From positions 1,256-65,255 of the forward strand of contig CADEGR010000005.1 in NCBI GenBank assembly GCA_902826935.1: a stretch of DNA of 64,000 nt. Direction: 5' to 3'. This stretch comes from an uncultured Alphaproteobacteria bacterium (lineage in GTDB: Bacteria > Pseudomonadota > Alphaproteobacteria > Geminicoccales > Geminicoccaceae). Made by a program: the position numbers and the translations under genes. A model generated the notes under the pieces. The model was not told the DNA's origin, made no database searches, and was given only the letters and a program-made list of their open reading frames with translations. Positions 7,253 to 19,250 of this stretch are shown here, piece by piece (positions within the stretch are counted from its first letter, which is position 1; each line of letters starts with the position of its first letter).

Positions 7253-10200
7253 TCACGCCGGCGCGCGCAGCTCTGCCTGATCCGACCCCAGCTGACCCTG
7301 CGCCCGCTCCGTCAGCCTGGTTCGCAGCTGCGCGCCGAGCGGCCGCATGCCGAGCCGATCGGCCAGCGCCAGTGCTGCCGTGTAATGCTGGCGAGCCACG
7401 GCCGGATCGGCGCGTCCTGCGACGTCGCCCAGGATGCGCAGGCCATGCGCCTCATGGCCGCGCTCGCCGCGCTGGCGCGCCAGGGCGACCCCATGCTCCG
7501 CGAGCGAGCGTGCCGCATCGACCTGGCCATCCAGCAGCAGCGCCTCAGCCAGCTGGCAATGCACCAGGGCGCGGAACAGGCCAAGGCCCATCGCCTCATA
7601 GGCGGCTTGCGCCTCGCGCAGCAGCTCGATCCCAGGACCAACCTGGCCAAACACGGCCAAGGCATGGCCAAGGAAGCCCTTCACGAAGGGCGACAGATAG
7701 GTGAGGCCCCAGCTGGTGATCAGCCGGTGCGAATTGTGCAGGGCCTCGACCGCCTGCTCGAGCGTGCCTTGGGCAATGTGGAGATAGCCCAGATCATAGT
7801 AGATATGGGCGAGGTTGAACGGGTGCTTCAGCTCCTCCGCCAAGGCGATCGCCTGCTCGGCCTGGGCGAGGCCGGCGTCGAAGGCGCCGCGTTCGGCCAG
7901 GACCCAGACCAGCCATGACCGGGCGATCACGACAGGCGCGAAGGGCAGGCCGCAGCGCTCCTTGCGCAGCTCACCTTGCAGCTGGTCGACCACCCTGGCA
8001 AAGCGCGCCTCGGCCTGGGCCAGATCGCCGGCTGTGACACGGACGCAGCCGAGATAGAAGTTGGCCGCGACCGTGAGCGGGCGATCACCGGTGCGCTCGG
8101 CCACCGCCAGCGCTGCGGCCAGCCGTTGCAGCGCCTGCTCGGCCCGGCCGAGCTGCCACAGGCTGGCCCCCTCGAAAACGCCAATCCAACCCTGGCGTGC
8201 CGGATCGTCCAGCTCCGTTGCCAGGCGCTCCGCGTCCCCCAGATGCGACAAGATCGCCTCGCAGCGGCCGAGCGCCCACAGGGCGTTGCGCAGTTCGAAG
8301 CGGAGATCGATCGCCCGCTCCAAGGTCGCCTTGCTCCGCGGCAGATAGGCCGAGACCCGGAGCGCATGCTCGAATTGGGCAGCCGCCTCATGCAGCGCGG
8401 AGCGGTCCATGGCCTTGCGGCCGGCCAGCTGCAGATAGCCGAAGGCCTTGTCCCACTGCTCGGCCTGGCAGGCGTGGTGCGCCAGCGTGTCGACCCGTTC
8501 GATCGAGCGTGGCCCGGTCTCGGCTTCGACCAGCTCGATGATCCTGGCATGCAGCTGCTGGCGGCGGCGCAGCAGAATAGTGCCGTAAGCAGCATCCTGA
8601 ACCAGCGCATGCTTGAAGGCGTAGCTCGCGTCTTCAGCCTCGCCGCGCCGGACGATCAGGCCCGCCTCGGTCAGACGCTCGAGATCCGCCTCAAGCGCGG
8701 GGGCCGGCCGTTCGAGCAGGGCAGCCAGCAGCTGCTGCCGGAACTCGCGCCCGATGACCGCGCCGACCTGGGCGGTTGCCTTGGCATCGCCTAGACGGTC
8801 GAGGCGCGCCACCAGCGAGGATTGCAGGCTGGTCGGGATCCCGGCCGTGAGGGTCGCGAGATCATCGGCGCCGATGCCCTCCAGCACCGACCGGGTCAGC
8901 TCCTCGGCATAGAGCGGGACACCATCGGAGCGGGCGGCGATCTGCTCGACCAGCGCCGCCGGCAAAGCAGCGCCGGCGAGCTGCCGGACGATCTGCGCCG
9001 CCTGGCGCCGGCCCAGGCGATTCAGGACCAGCCAGCTCACATGGGCATGGCCGGGCCAGGGCGGTGTGAATTCCGGCCGATGGGTGATCAGCAGGCAGAC
9101 CCTGGCGTCGGCAAGGCGCGGCAGCACGGCGCCGATCAGCTCGATCATCGAGGGGTCGGACCAATGGGCGTCCTCGATCACGCACAGCACGGGCAGCCGC
9201 TCGCTTTGCGCCACGACGAGCCCGCAAAGTAGCGCGATGATCCGGCCGCGCAGCTGCTGCGGCGAGCAATCGAGCGGGCCGTAGCGCTGCTCGCCGGCGA
9301 GGCCCAGCAGGGCCGCCAGCACCGGCGCTTGGCCGACATCGACGCCAGCCGCAGCCATCCAGGCCTCGAGCTTGGCCAGCTTGACGTCGCCGCTGTCCTC
9401 TGGGGCGAAGCCGGCGACGCGGCGCAGCTGCTGGACCACTGGATGGAAGGCGCTGTTGGTGTGGTGCGCCGAGCATTGGTAGGACAGGCCGACGAACGAG
9501 CCGGCCGGGATCTGGTTCTTGAGGTCGAGCACCAGGCGCGACTTGCCGATGCCGGCCTCGCCCGCGAGCAGCACCACCTGGCCTTCGCCCTCGCTCGCCA
9601 GGCGCCACCGCTCCTGCAGCAGGCCCAGCTCATGCTCGCGTCCGATCAAGGCGGTCAGCTCGCTGCCGCGGGCGGCCTTGAAGCGGCTCTGCAGCGGCCC
9701 TTCACCGTTCACGCGCCAGGCGCGGACCGGCTCCTTGAAGCCCTTGACCTGGCATCGGCCGAGATCGGTCAGCTCGAACAGCCGGCCAACCAGGTCGCGG
9801 GTGGTCCGGCTGATCACGATCTGTCCGGGTGCCGCCAGCACCTGCAGCCGGGCAGCCAGGTTCGGCGTCTCGCCGACCACCGTCTGGGCATCCACGGTCG
9901 CGTCCCCGACCAGATCGCCGACCACCACCTGGCCGGTCGCGATGCCAAGCCGGGCACGCAGGCCATGGCCGCCGGCGACCGTGACCGCCTCGATCCCGCG
10001 CAGCACGTCCAGCGCCGCGCGCACTGCACGCTCGGCCTGATCCTCATAGGCACGTGGCCAGCCGAAATAGGCGAGCACGCCGTCGCCCAGGAACTTGGCG
10101 ACATAGCCGTCATAGCGGATGACCGCCTCCGCGACCGCGTCCTGATAGGCGCGCAGCACGTCGCGCATGTCCTCCGGGTCAAGCCGGTGGGCCAGCTCCG

Positions 10201-10525
10201 TCGAGCCGACCAGGTCGCAGAACATCACGGTCAGCTGGCGCCGCTCAGCGGAGACTGCGGTCCCGCTTGTGCCTTGGTTGGCGTATGACGGGGACGCCTC
10301 GGCGGGTGACGTCAGCCGGTTGATGGCGGCCAGCAGAATGCGCCGATGGCCAAGCGACAGGCCAAGCTCCCGCAGATCCGCGTCGCCTAGATGCGGCAGG
10401 GCCCGTTCGTCGATGTCGTTGGCGACGAAGCGCTCGGCGTACCGCTCGAGGCCGAGGCTCGCCAGCCATTCCGCAATAGCGACCATTGGTGCCGGCTCCT
10501 CGGGGCGCTGGCGACCACAATGCAC
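7253..10525 (-). CDS. SAM domain / class III adenylate-guanylate cyclase / AAA (STAND-like) ATPase / TPR multidomain signalling protein
   Basis: N-terminal SAM-like IAEWLASLGLERYAERFVANDIDERALPHLGDADLRELGL. Cyclase core RRQLTVMFCDLVGST...KFLGDGVLAYFG. P-loop LLAGEAGIGKSRLV. The C-terminal ~500 aa is helical/TPR-like. The start is probably ATG 10486 (MVAIAEW). Confidence 0.85.
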   Translation of the reverse strand: MHCGRQRPEEPAPMVAIAEWLASLGLERYAERFVANDIDERALPHLGDADLRELGLSLGHRRILLAAINRLTSPAEASPSYANQGTSGTAVSAERRQLTVMFCDLVGSTELAHRLDPEDMRDVLRAYQDAVAEAVIRYDGYVAKFLGDGVLAYFGWPRAYEDQAERAVRAALDVLRGIEAVTVAGGHGLRARLGIATGQVVVGDLVGDATVDAQTVVGETPNLAARLQVLAAPGQIVISRTTRDLVGRLFELTDLGRCQVKGFKEPVRAWRVNGEGPLQSRFKAARGSELTALIGREHELGLLQERWRLASEGEGQVVLLAGEAGIGKSRLVLDLKNQIPAGSFVGLSYQCSAHHTNSAFHPVVQQLRRVAGFAPEDSGDVKLAKLEAWMAAAGVDVGQAPVLAALLGLAGEQRYGPLDCSPQQLRGRIIALLCGLVVAQSERLPVLCVIEDAHWSDPSMIELIGAVLPRLADARVCLLITHRPEFTPPWPGHAHVSWLVLNRLGRRQAAQIVRQLAGAALPAALVEQIAARSDGVPLYAEELTRSVLEGIGADDLATLTAGIPTSLQSSLVARLDRLGDAKATAQVGAVIGREFRQQLLAALLERPAPALEADLERLTEAGLIVRRGEAEDASYAFKHALVQDAAYGTILLRRRQQLHARIIELVEAETGPRSIERVDTLAHHACQAEQWDKAFGYLQLAGRKAMDRSALHEAAAQFEHALRVSAYLPRSKATLERAIDLRFELRNALWALGRCEAILSHLGDAERLATELDDPARQGWIGVFEGASLWQLGRAEQALQRLAAALAVAERTGDRPLTVAANFYLGCVRVTAGDLAQAEARFARVVDQLQGELRKERCGLPFAPVVIARSWLVWVLAERGAFDAGLAQAEQAIALAEELKHPFNLAHIYYDLGYLHIAQGTLEQAVEALHNSHRLITSWGLTYLSPFVKGFLGHALAVFGQVGPGIELLREAQAAYEAMGLGLFRALVHCQLAEALLLDGQVDAARSLAEHGVALARQRGERGHEAHGLRILGDVAGRADPAVARQHYTAALALADRLGMRPLGAQLRTRLTERAQGQLGSDQAELRAPA

Positions 10526-10705
10526 GCGGCGATCATGCTGGGCTTGACCTTAGATCGGCGCGGCGGCCGGGTCCACCCCCGCGAATGGCGTCGGAAAGGC
10601 CTGATCACCTGTCGGATCGAGCGACGCTCGGCCGTCGTAATCGATGCGCCGGACAAGCGAGCTGGCGCCGACTGATCGCGCATTCAAACGGAAGGAGCCG
10701 GCACC

Positions 10706-11176
10706 ATGGCGACGCCCACAGTAAGCCCGATCCCCAATGGCATGCACAGCCTGACCCCGCACTTGATCTGCGCCAATGCCGCAGCCGCCATCGACTACTA
10801 CCGTACTGCCTTTGGCGCGGTCGAGCTGTCGCGCCTGCCCGGCCCCGATGGCAAGCTGATGCATGCCATGCTCCGGATCGGAGATTCGGTGCTGATGCTG
10901 GTGGATGAGGCGCCTCAGTGGGGCCTGCACGGGCCGAAGTCGCTGCATGGCTCGCCGGTGCTGATCCATTTGTATGTCGACGATGTCGATGCCACGGTGG
11001 CTGGGGCAGTGGAGGCGGGGGCCAGGATCACCATGCCGGTCGCCGACATGTTCTGGGGCGACCGCTACGGCCGGATCGAGGATCCGTTCGGCCACGGTTG
11101 GTCGATCGCGACCCATCAGCGCGACGTCAGCGAATCCGAGATGCAGGCCGCCATGGCCAAGATGGCCGCCGGCTAG
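10706..11176 (+). CDS. VOC (glyoxalase/bleomycin-resistance, PhnB-like) family protein
   Basis: LTPHLICANAAAAIDYYRTAFGA...MFWGDRYGRIEDPFGHGWSIATH matches the typical PhnB/YjdN-like VOC pattern. GGAAGGAG lies upstream. Confidence 0.85.
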   Translation: MATPTVSPIPNGMHSLTPHLICANAAAAIDYYRTAFGAVELSRLPGPDGKLMHAMLRIGDSVLMLVDEAPQWGLHGPKSLHGSPVLIHLYVDDVDATVAGAVEAGARITMPVADMFWGDRYGRIEDPFGHGWSIATHQRDVSESEMQAAMAKMAAG

Positions 11177-11219
11177 TCGGCCGTTCCAAGGTGGGCGGCG
11201 GCAGAACTATGCGCTACCT

Positions 11220-11813
11220 ATGCCCGGCTGTCCTTGGCCCAACCAGGAGATCCGGATCGTGGTGGCTCCCTCGCCCGAGCGCTATGGCGCCGTCGCCCAG
11301 GCGCTGCATTGGCTGATCGCGCTCCTGATCGCGGCGATGTTCGGGCTCGGCTGGTTCATGACCAGCCTGCCGATTGGCCAGCAGAAGTTCGAGCTCTATC
11401 AGCTGCACAAATCGCTGGGCATCACGATCCTGGCCTTGGTGCTGGTGCGGCTGGCTTGGCGCCTGGTGAAGGGGGCGCCCGCCTGGCCGCCCGGCATGCG
11501 GCCGCTGGAGCGGCGCGCCGCCGGCCTCGCCCATGCCGCCCTCTATGGCCTGATCCTGGCGCAGCCGGTGATCGGCTTCCTGCAGTCGAATGCGGCCAAT
11601 TTCCCGGTCGTGCTGTGGGAGCGCTGGCCGCTGCCGGCGCTGATCGGCAGCAACCAGCCGCTGGCCGAGCGGCTGCTCGGGCTGCATGGGCTGATGGCCT
11701 TCGTGCTGCTGCTGCTGGTGGCGCTCCATGTCCTGGCCGCCTTGCGGCACCATTTCTGGCTCAAGGACGGGGTCTTGCAGCGGATGCTGCCGCGCCTGGG
11801 CGCGCGGCCTTGA
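11220..11813 (+). CDS. cytochrome b561 family protein
   Basis: YGAVAQALHWLIALLIAAMF..., LHKSLGITILALVLVRLAWR and HVLAALRHH give four TM helices with conserved His. The start is ATG 11220 or GTG 11259 (AGGAG 9 nt upstream). Only the last part of ORF 10974-11813 is coding. Confidence 0.85.
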   Translation: MPGCPWPNQEIRIVVAPSPERYGAVAQALHWLIALLIAAMFGLGWFMTSLPIGQQKFELYQLHKSLGITILALVLVRLAWRLVKGAPAWPPGMRPLERRAAGLAHAALYGLILAQPVIGFLQSNAANFPVVLWERWPLPALIGSNQPLAERLLGLHGLMAFVLLLLVALHVLAALRHHFWLKDGVLQRMLPRLGARP

Positions 11814-11863
11814 TCCGAGCGCGCGCAGTGTTCGTAACCCCGTGGACGATCTTGGAGTAGAGC

Positions 11864-12457
11864 ATGGTAGCGGTGACAGGGCAGGGTGGGGCGTGGCTGC
11901 TCGGCCTGTGGTTGGCAATCGGCGCGGCTTGGCCGGTCGCTGCGGCCAGTCTTTGGCAGATCGATCAGGCCAGCACGCTCGGCTTCCTTGCCAAGCAGCA
12001 AGGTGCCCCAGTTGAGGGCAAGTTCGAGCGCTTCAGCGCGCGCATCGACTTCGATCCCAGTCAGCTGGCGACCAGCGTGATCGAGGTTACGATCGATACC
12101 GGCTCGGTCAGCACCGGCCACAAGGACCGAGACCAGACCCTGCGCTCGGCCGCGTTCTTCGATACTGCGCAATTTCCCGAGGCCCGCTTTGTCAGCCGCA
12201 GCATCACGGCCGCCGGGCAGGACCGCTACAAGGCCAAGGGCGAGCTTACCATCCGGGACGTGACCAAGGACGTGGTCCTGCCGTTCACCCTGACGGTCGC
12301 CACCGGCGCCGGTCCGGCCGAGCAGGCCGAGGCGGCGGGCGAGCTGTTGATCAAGCGGCTCGATTATGGGGTCGGCCAGGGCGAATGGGCGAGCACCGGC
12401 ACGATCGCCGACGAGGTCGCGATCAAGCTCGCGATCGTGGCCAGCCGGCAGCCTTGA
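11864..12457 (+). CDS. YceI-family periplasmic polyisoprenoid-binding protein
   Basis: Signal peptide, then FLAKQQGAPVEGKFERFSARIDFDP...TGHKDRDQTLRSAAFFDTAQFPEARF...GELTIRDVTKDV. The classical pairing with cytochrome b561 is present. Confidence 0.9.
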   Translation: MVAVTGQGGAWLLGLWLAIGAAWPVAAASLWQIDQASTLGFLAKQQGAPVEGKFERFSARIDFDPSQLATSVIEVTIDTGSVSTGHKDRDQTLRSAAFFDTAQFPEARFVSRSITAAGQDRYKAKGELTIRDVTKDVVLPFTLTVATGAGPAEQAEAAGELLIKRLDYGVGQGEWASTGTIADEVAIKLAIVASRQP

Positions 12458-12467
12458 GCGGACGCGC

Positions 12468-13280
12468 CTAGAAGGGCGGTCCGCTGCCCGCGGTCAAGGC
12501 GGCTGTCAAGACCGCCAGAACTGCCGGGCCCAGGCACCAGGCCGCGACGCGCCATGGCCGCATCGCCTTGGCACCCATGATCGCCAGCCGATCAGCGCGC
12601 AGGATCGGCAACAAGAGGGCCAGCGCCCAGCCGCTGCTCGCCGAGAACCAGAACAGCAGGCTGCCAAGGCCGAGCAGGAGCGCCCGCAGGGCCAGCGCGA
12701 GCCAGGCGGTCGGTGGCCGTCCAGACCCGAGCAGCGCGCCGACAATCGCTGCGGCCAGCGCCAAGGCGAGCTGGGAGAAGGCAGCCGTGCGGCCGAACAG
12801 AGCCACGGCCGACAGGCCGAGCGCGCTGCTCACCAGCGGCCAGACCTGGATTGACAAGGGCAAAGGTGGCTCGCGGCCAGAGCCCGTGAGCAGCGCCATC
12901 GCGACCGCGGGCAGCAGCAGCTGGCCCAACGGCAGGTGGCCACGCAGCCAAGCCGGTCCCGCCAGCCAGAGCAGGCCCGCCAGCAGGACCGCCAATTCGC
13001 CGAGCCATTGGCGACCTGGCGCGTCGATGGTCCGGGTCAGGAGCCAGCAGGCCAGGCACAGGGCTGGCGCCAGCAGGAGCAGCCGGTCGCGGCCGGCAAC
13101 GGCCGGCCAGGGCGGCGGGCCGAAGATCGCGATAGCCGCCGCCAGCCAGCCCGTCAGCACAGCGGCGGCCAGCGGCCAGCCAATTGCCTCGTCAGAGTGG
13201 CGAAAGCGGCTGAGCGCTGCCAGCAGCAGCGCCACCATGCCGGGCAGCGCCAGGCTCTCGAGGAGCGCTTGCCGAAGCAC
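12468..13280 (-). CDS. polytopic inner-membrane hypothetical protein
   Basis: 270-aa Leu/Ala/Trp-rich ORF with ~8 hydrophobic segments. It lies downstream of a small membrane ORF on the same strand. No recognisable motif. Confidence 0.45.
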   Translation of the reverse strand: MLRQALLESLALPGMVALLLAALSRFRHSDEAIGWPLAAAVLTGWLAAAIAIFGPPPWPAVAGRDRLLLLAPALCLACWLLTRTIDAPGRQWLGELAVLLAGLLWLAGPAWLRGHLPLGQLLLPAVAMALLTGSGREPPLPLSIQVWPLVSSALGLSAVALFGRTAAFSQLALALAAAIVGALLGSGRPPTAWLALALRALLLGLGSLLFWFSASSGWALALLLPILRADRLAIMGAKAMRPWRVAAWCLGPAVLAVLTAALTAGSGPPF

Positions 13281-13313
13281 CCGGCGCCGCTGGGCCGTCG
13301 GCCGCGGCTGGCG

Positions 13314-13505
13314 CTAGAAGGTTTCGGGCCTGATGTCCTGGGCAAGACCGATCGTGGCGTCGCCGGCGGCAACCAGGATCGCGACCACGGAATCGGTCAA
13401 GGTGGCGACCAGCTCGCGGATTCGGAAGCTGAATTCGGAATCCGGCGCCAAGAGGATCACGCCGATCAGGGCTCCGAGCAGGACGCCCCACCAAAACTTG
13501 CGCAT
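13314..13505 (-). CDS. small membrane hypothetical protein
   Basis: 63 aa, MRKFWWGVLLGALIGVILLAP..., with an N-terminal TM helix. It is 34 nt upstream of 12468-13280. Confidence 0.4.
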   Translation of the reverse strand: MRKFWWGVLLGALIGVILLAPDSEFSFRIRELVATLTDSVVAILVAAGDATIGLAQDIRPETF

Positions 13506-13784
13506 CTCTTACCTTCCCCCAACATCGCCGGTTCCGATGGGTGCTTTAGAGCTTTACAATAGAGCAACATCGGTTGGCAGTCACCTGTTCGTAACATTTT
13601 GGCGGGCCAGGTTGCCAGCTGCCGGCCATCTTGGCGCGATTGGCTGGATGCTGTCCCGGCCGCGGCCGGACGGCATGTCCGCTTCATCTTCGTGATTTAG
13701 TGCGTTTCGCCGCCTTTGTCAGCGGCTTAGTCGTTCGTTAGGAAAATTCCTTCAAGCTGTTAGCCGTCACCGTTCGCGCTCGGC

Positions 13785-14477
13785 ATGAAGGGGAGCGGCA
13801 TGATCGCATGGGCGCTGCGCTACGCGGCGATCGCATTGGGCTGCGGCCTGGTGTTCGCGCTCGCGCAGCCGAGCGGGCCAAGCGCGGACAGCATGGCGGA
13901 CTGGCTGCGGGCACTCCTGCAGGGCGAGCCGGCGGCCGAGCTGTCGCCGACCCTGGCTGAGGCGCCCCCCAATGAGCCGGTCGACGAGGCCGACCATGCC
14001 GACGAATTCGACGACGCCGAAAGCGATGATGCCGACGGGGATGGCGCCGAGCTGGCAACGGATGGCCTGGCTGGCGATGACGAGGCGACCGGCGATGACC
14101 CGGCCCCGATGGCGGAGGCCGTGATCGAGCGCGGTCCGCATGGCCATTTCCTGTTGGACGCGCAAGTCGACGGCCAGCCGATCACGTTCCTGGTCGACAC
14201 GGGCGCCAGCCATGTGGTCCTGGCGCCCGTGGATGCGGAGCGGCTCGGCCTGACACCCGCCACGCTCGACTACCGCCAGCCGTTCATGAGCGCCAACGGC
14301 GTGGTCAACGCCGCGCCGGTCCGGCTGCGCGAGCTCAGGGTCGGCCAGTTCAGCCTGTTCGACCTCGATGCCTACGTCAATCAAGGCCCCTTGGACATCT
14401 CGCTGCTCGGCATGAGCTTCCTCGAACGGCTGCACGGCTACGAGGTCGAGCGCGGCCGGCTGGTGCTGCGCTGGTAG
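13785..14477 (+). CDS. retropepsin-like (clan AA, TIGR02281-type) aspartic protease with TM anchor and acidic linker
   Basis: GHFLLDAQVDGQPITFLVDTGASHVVL (DTGA active site) ...LLGMSFLERL. N-terminal TM helix. Acidic stretch DEADHADEFDDAESDDADGDGAELATDGLAGDDEATGDD. Confidence 0.8.
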   Translation: MKGSGMIAWALRYAAIALGCGLVFALAQPSGPSADSMADWLRALLQGEPAAELSPTLAEAPPNEPVDEADHADEFDDAESDDADGDGAELATDGLAGDDEATGDDPAPMAEAVIERGPHGHFLLDAQVDGQPITFLVDTGASHVVLAPVDAERLGLTPATLDYRQPFMSANGVVNAAPVRLRELRVGQFSLFDLDAYVNQGPLDISLLGMSFLERLHGYEVERGRLVLRW

Positions 14478-14594
14478 GCCGCAGCAAGGGCCGCCGCGGG
14501 CAAGCTCCAGACGCGTCGATGGCCTTATTGCTGATCGCCTGCAAGGCATGTAGCGTGCCGCCAGAGCTTCGGCCTTGAAGGGGAAGAAACTGCC

Positions 14595-15197
14595 ATGGAT
14601 ATGACCGGCGAGTACCGGATTCCGGCGCCGCGCGAGCGGGTGTGGGCGGCGTTGAATGATCCAGAGGTGCTCAAGCAGTCGATCCCCGGCTGTGAGACGC
14701 TGGCGGCGACCGGCGAGCATGCTTTTGCCGCGACGGTGGTGGCCAAGGTCGGTCCGGTCAAGGCCAAGTTCAACGGCGCGGTGACGCTCGGCAATATCAA
14801 TCCCCCGGAGAGCTACACCATCTCGGGCGAGGGCAAGGGCGGCGCTGCGGGCTTTGCCAAGGGCGGCGCCGATGTCCGCCTTGCCGAGGACGGCGATGGC
14901 GGCACCATCCTGACCTACACCGCCAAGGCCGATGTCGGCGGCAAGCTCGCCCAGCTGGGTTCCCGGCTGATCGATGGCACCGCCAAGCGCATGGCCGACG
15001 AGTTCTTCGAGAATTTCCGCCAAGCGGTGGTCGGCCCGGCGCCGGTCGAGGCGGTGCCGGCCGCGGCCGTGGCCGCGCCAGGCCCGGTCCCGCCGGCGCC
15101 CGAAGCCGGCGGCCTGAACGAGCTGCTGCAAAGCAAGTTCGTCTGGGTGGGCGGGGCGCTGATCATCCTGATCCTGCTGGCGACCGTCCTGCGCTGA
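14595..15197 (+). CDS. coxG: CoxG/SRPBCC family protein with C-terminal TM anchor
   Basis: MTGEYRIPAPRERVWAALNDPEVLKQSIPGCE...KVGPVKAKFNG...GGKLAQLGSRLIDGTAKRMADEFF. Confidence 0.85.
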   Translation: MDMTGEYRIPAPRERVWAALNDPEVLKQSIPGCETLAATGEHAFAATVVAKVGPVKAKFNGAVTLGNINPPESYTISGEGKGGAAGFAKGGADVRLAEDGDGGTILTYTAKADVGGKLAQLGSRLIDGTAKRMADEFFENFRQAVVGPAPVEAVPAAAVAAPGPVPPAPEAGGLNELLQSKFVWVGGALIILILLATVLR

Positions 15198-15513
15198 CCG
15201 GTCGATCCGGCCTCATCCCGCTTTCGCGCCAGAACGGGTGCCATCGCCTGGGCGCACTGCCCGGTGCCAAGGGCGCCGTTGCCGTGGGCTGCGGCACCCA
15301 GGCGCCAGCGGCCGGCGAAACCGGCTGGTGAGCAGCCGGCCGGGCGCTCGGCCGGGCCGCGAAGTCCGTTGACGGCCGGGAATGGCTCTCCTAGCTTCGA
15401 GTGCGAAATTGAACAATTCGAGCCGCGCCCCGCTCCGGGCCGAGGGCTTGCGGCTCGAAGCAGACCACATCACCATTCCCAGAACTGGGCGGCGTCAGGG
15501 GGAGATCAACGCG

Positions 15514-15981
<468 letters not shown>

Positions 15982-15986
15982 GCTAC

Positions 15987-18356
<2,370 letters not shown>

Positions 18357-18370
18357 GGGAGGCAACCCAA

Positions 18371-19165
18371 ATGTACGCATTCGAATTCCACCGGCCGAGC
18401 TCCGTGGCGGACGCCATCGCTGCCCTCAAGGCGGCAAGCGACGGCAAGCTGATGGCCGGCGGCCAGACCTTGATCCCGACCCTGAAGCAGCGCCTGGCGC
18501 AGCCCTCGGACGTGATCGACCTGGGCGGCATCAAGGAGCTGCATGGCATCCGCCAGGACGGCAACAGCCTGGTGATCGGGGCGATGGCGAAGCATGGCGA
18601 GGTCGCCGGCTCCGACCTGGTCAAGTCGGTCATTCCGGGTCTGCATGAGCTGGCCGGGCTGATCGGCGATCCGCAGGTGCGCAATCGCGGCACGATCGGC
18701 GGCTCGCTCGCCAACAGCGATCCGGCGGCTGACTATCCGGCGGCGGTCCTGGCGCTCAACGCCACGATCAAGACCGACCGGCGCAGCATCGCGGCTGATG
18801 ACTACTTCACCGGTCTATTCCAGACCGCCCTGGCCGACGACGAGCTGATCACCGCGATCAGCTTTCCCCGGCCCGAGGCCTGCGGCTACGCCAAGTTCCG
18901 CAATCCCGCCAGCCGCTATGCCATCGTCGGCGTGATGGTGGCGCGGACCGGCGGCGGCGTTCGGGTGGCGGTCACCGGGGCTGGGCCGTGTGCCTTCCGC
19001 TTGCCTGATTTCGAGCGCGCGCTGGCCGGCAGCTTCTCGGCCGATGCGCTGGCGGGGCTGAGTGTCAGCCCGTCTGGCCTGAATAGCGACATGCACGCCA
19101 GCGCCGAATATCGGGCCCATCTGGTTCGGGTCATGGCGCAGCGCGCGGTCAAGGCGGTCCGCTGA
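18371..19165 (+). CDS. coxM: FAD-binding medium subunit (CoxM-type)
   Basis: MYAFEFHRPSSVADAIAAL...LMAGGQTLIPTLKQRL...RNRGTIGGSLANSDPAAD. The true start is ATG 18371, inside ORF 18209-19165. Confidence 0.9.
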   Translation: MYAFEFHRPSSVADAIAALKAASDGKLMAGGQTLIPTLKQRLAQPSDVIDLGGIKELHGIRQDGNSLVIGAMAKHGEVAGSDLVKSVIPGLHELAGLIGDPQVRNRGTIGGSLANSDPAADYPAAVLALNATIKTDRRSIAADDYFTGLFQTALADDELITAISFPRPEACGYAKFRNPASRYAIVGVMVARTGGGVRVAVTGAGPCAFRLPDFERALAGSFSADALAGLSVSPSGLNSDMHASAEYRAHLVRVMAQRAVKAVR

Positions 19166-19202
19166 GCGGCCAGCACCATCCGCGCGCCGCCGACGTTCTG
19201 CC

Positions 19203-19233
19203 AAGGGGAGCCTTCGGGCTCCCCTTTCGCTTT
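19203..19233 (+). terminator. Rho-independent terminator after coxM
   Basis: AAGGGGAGCC-TTCG-GGCTCCCCTT perfect 10-bp stem followed by TCGCTTTCG. Confidence 0.6.
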
Positions 19234-19250
19234 CGCTGAGGCGCCCGCCC

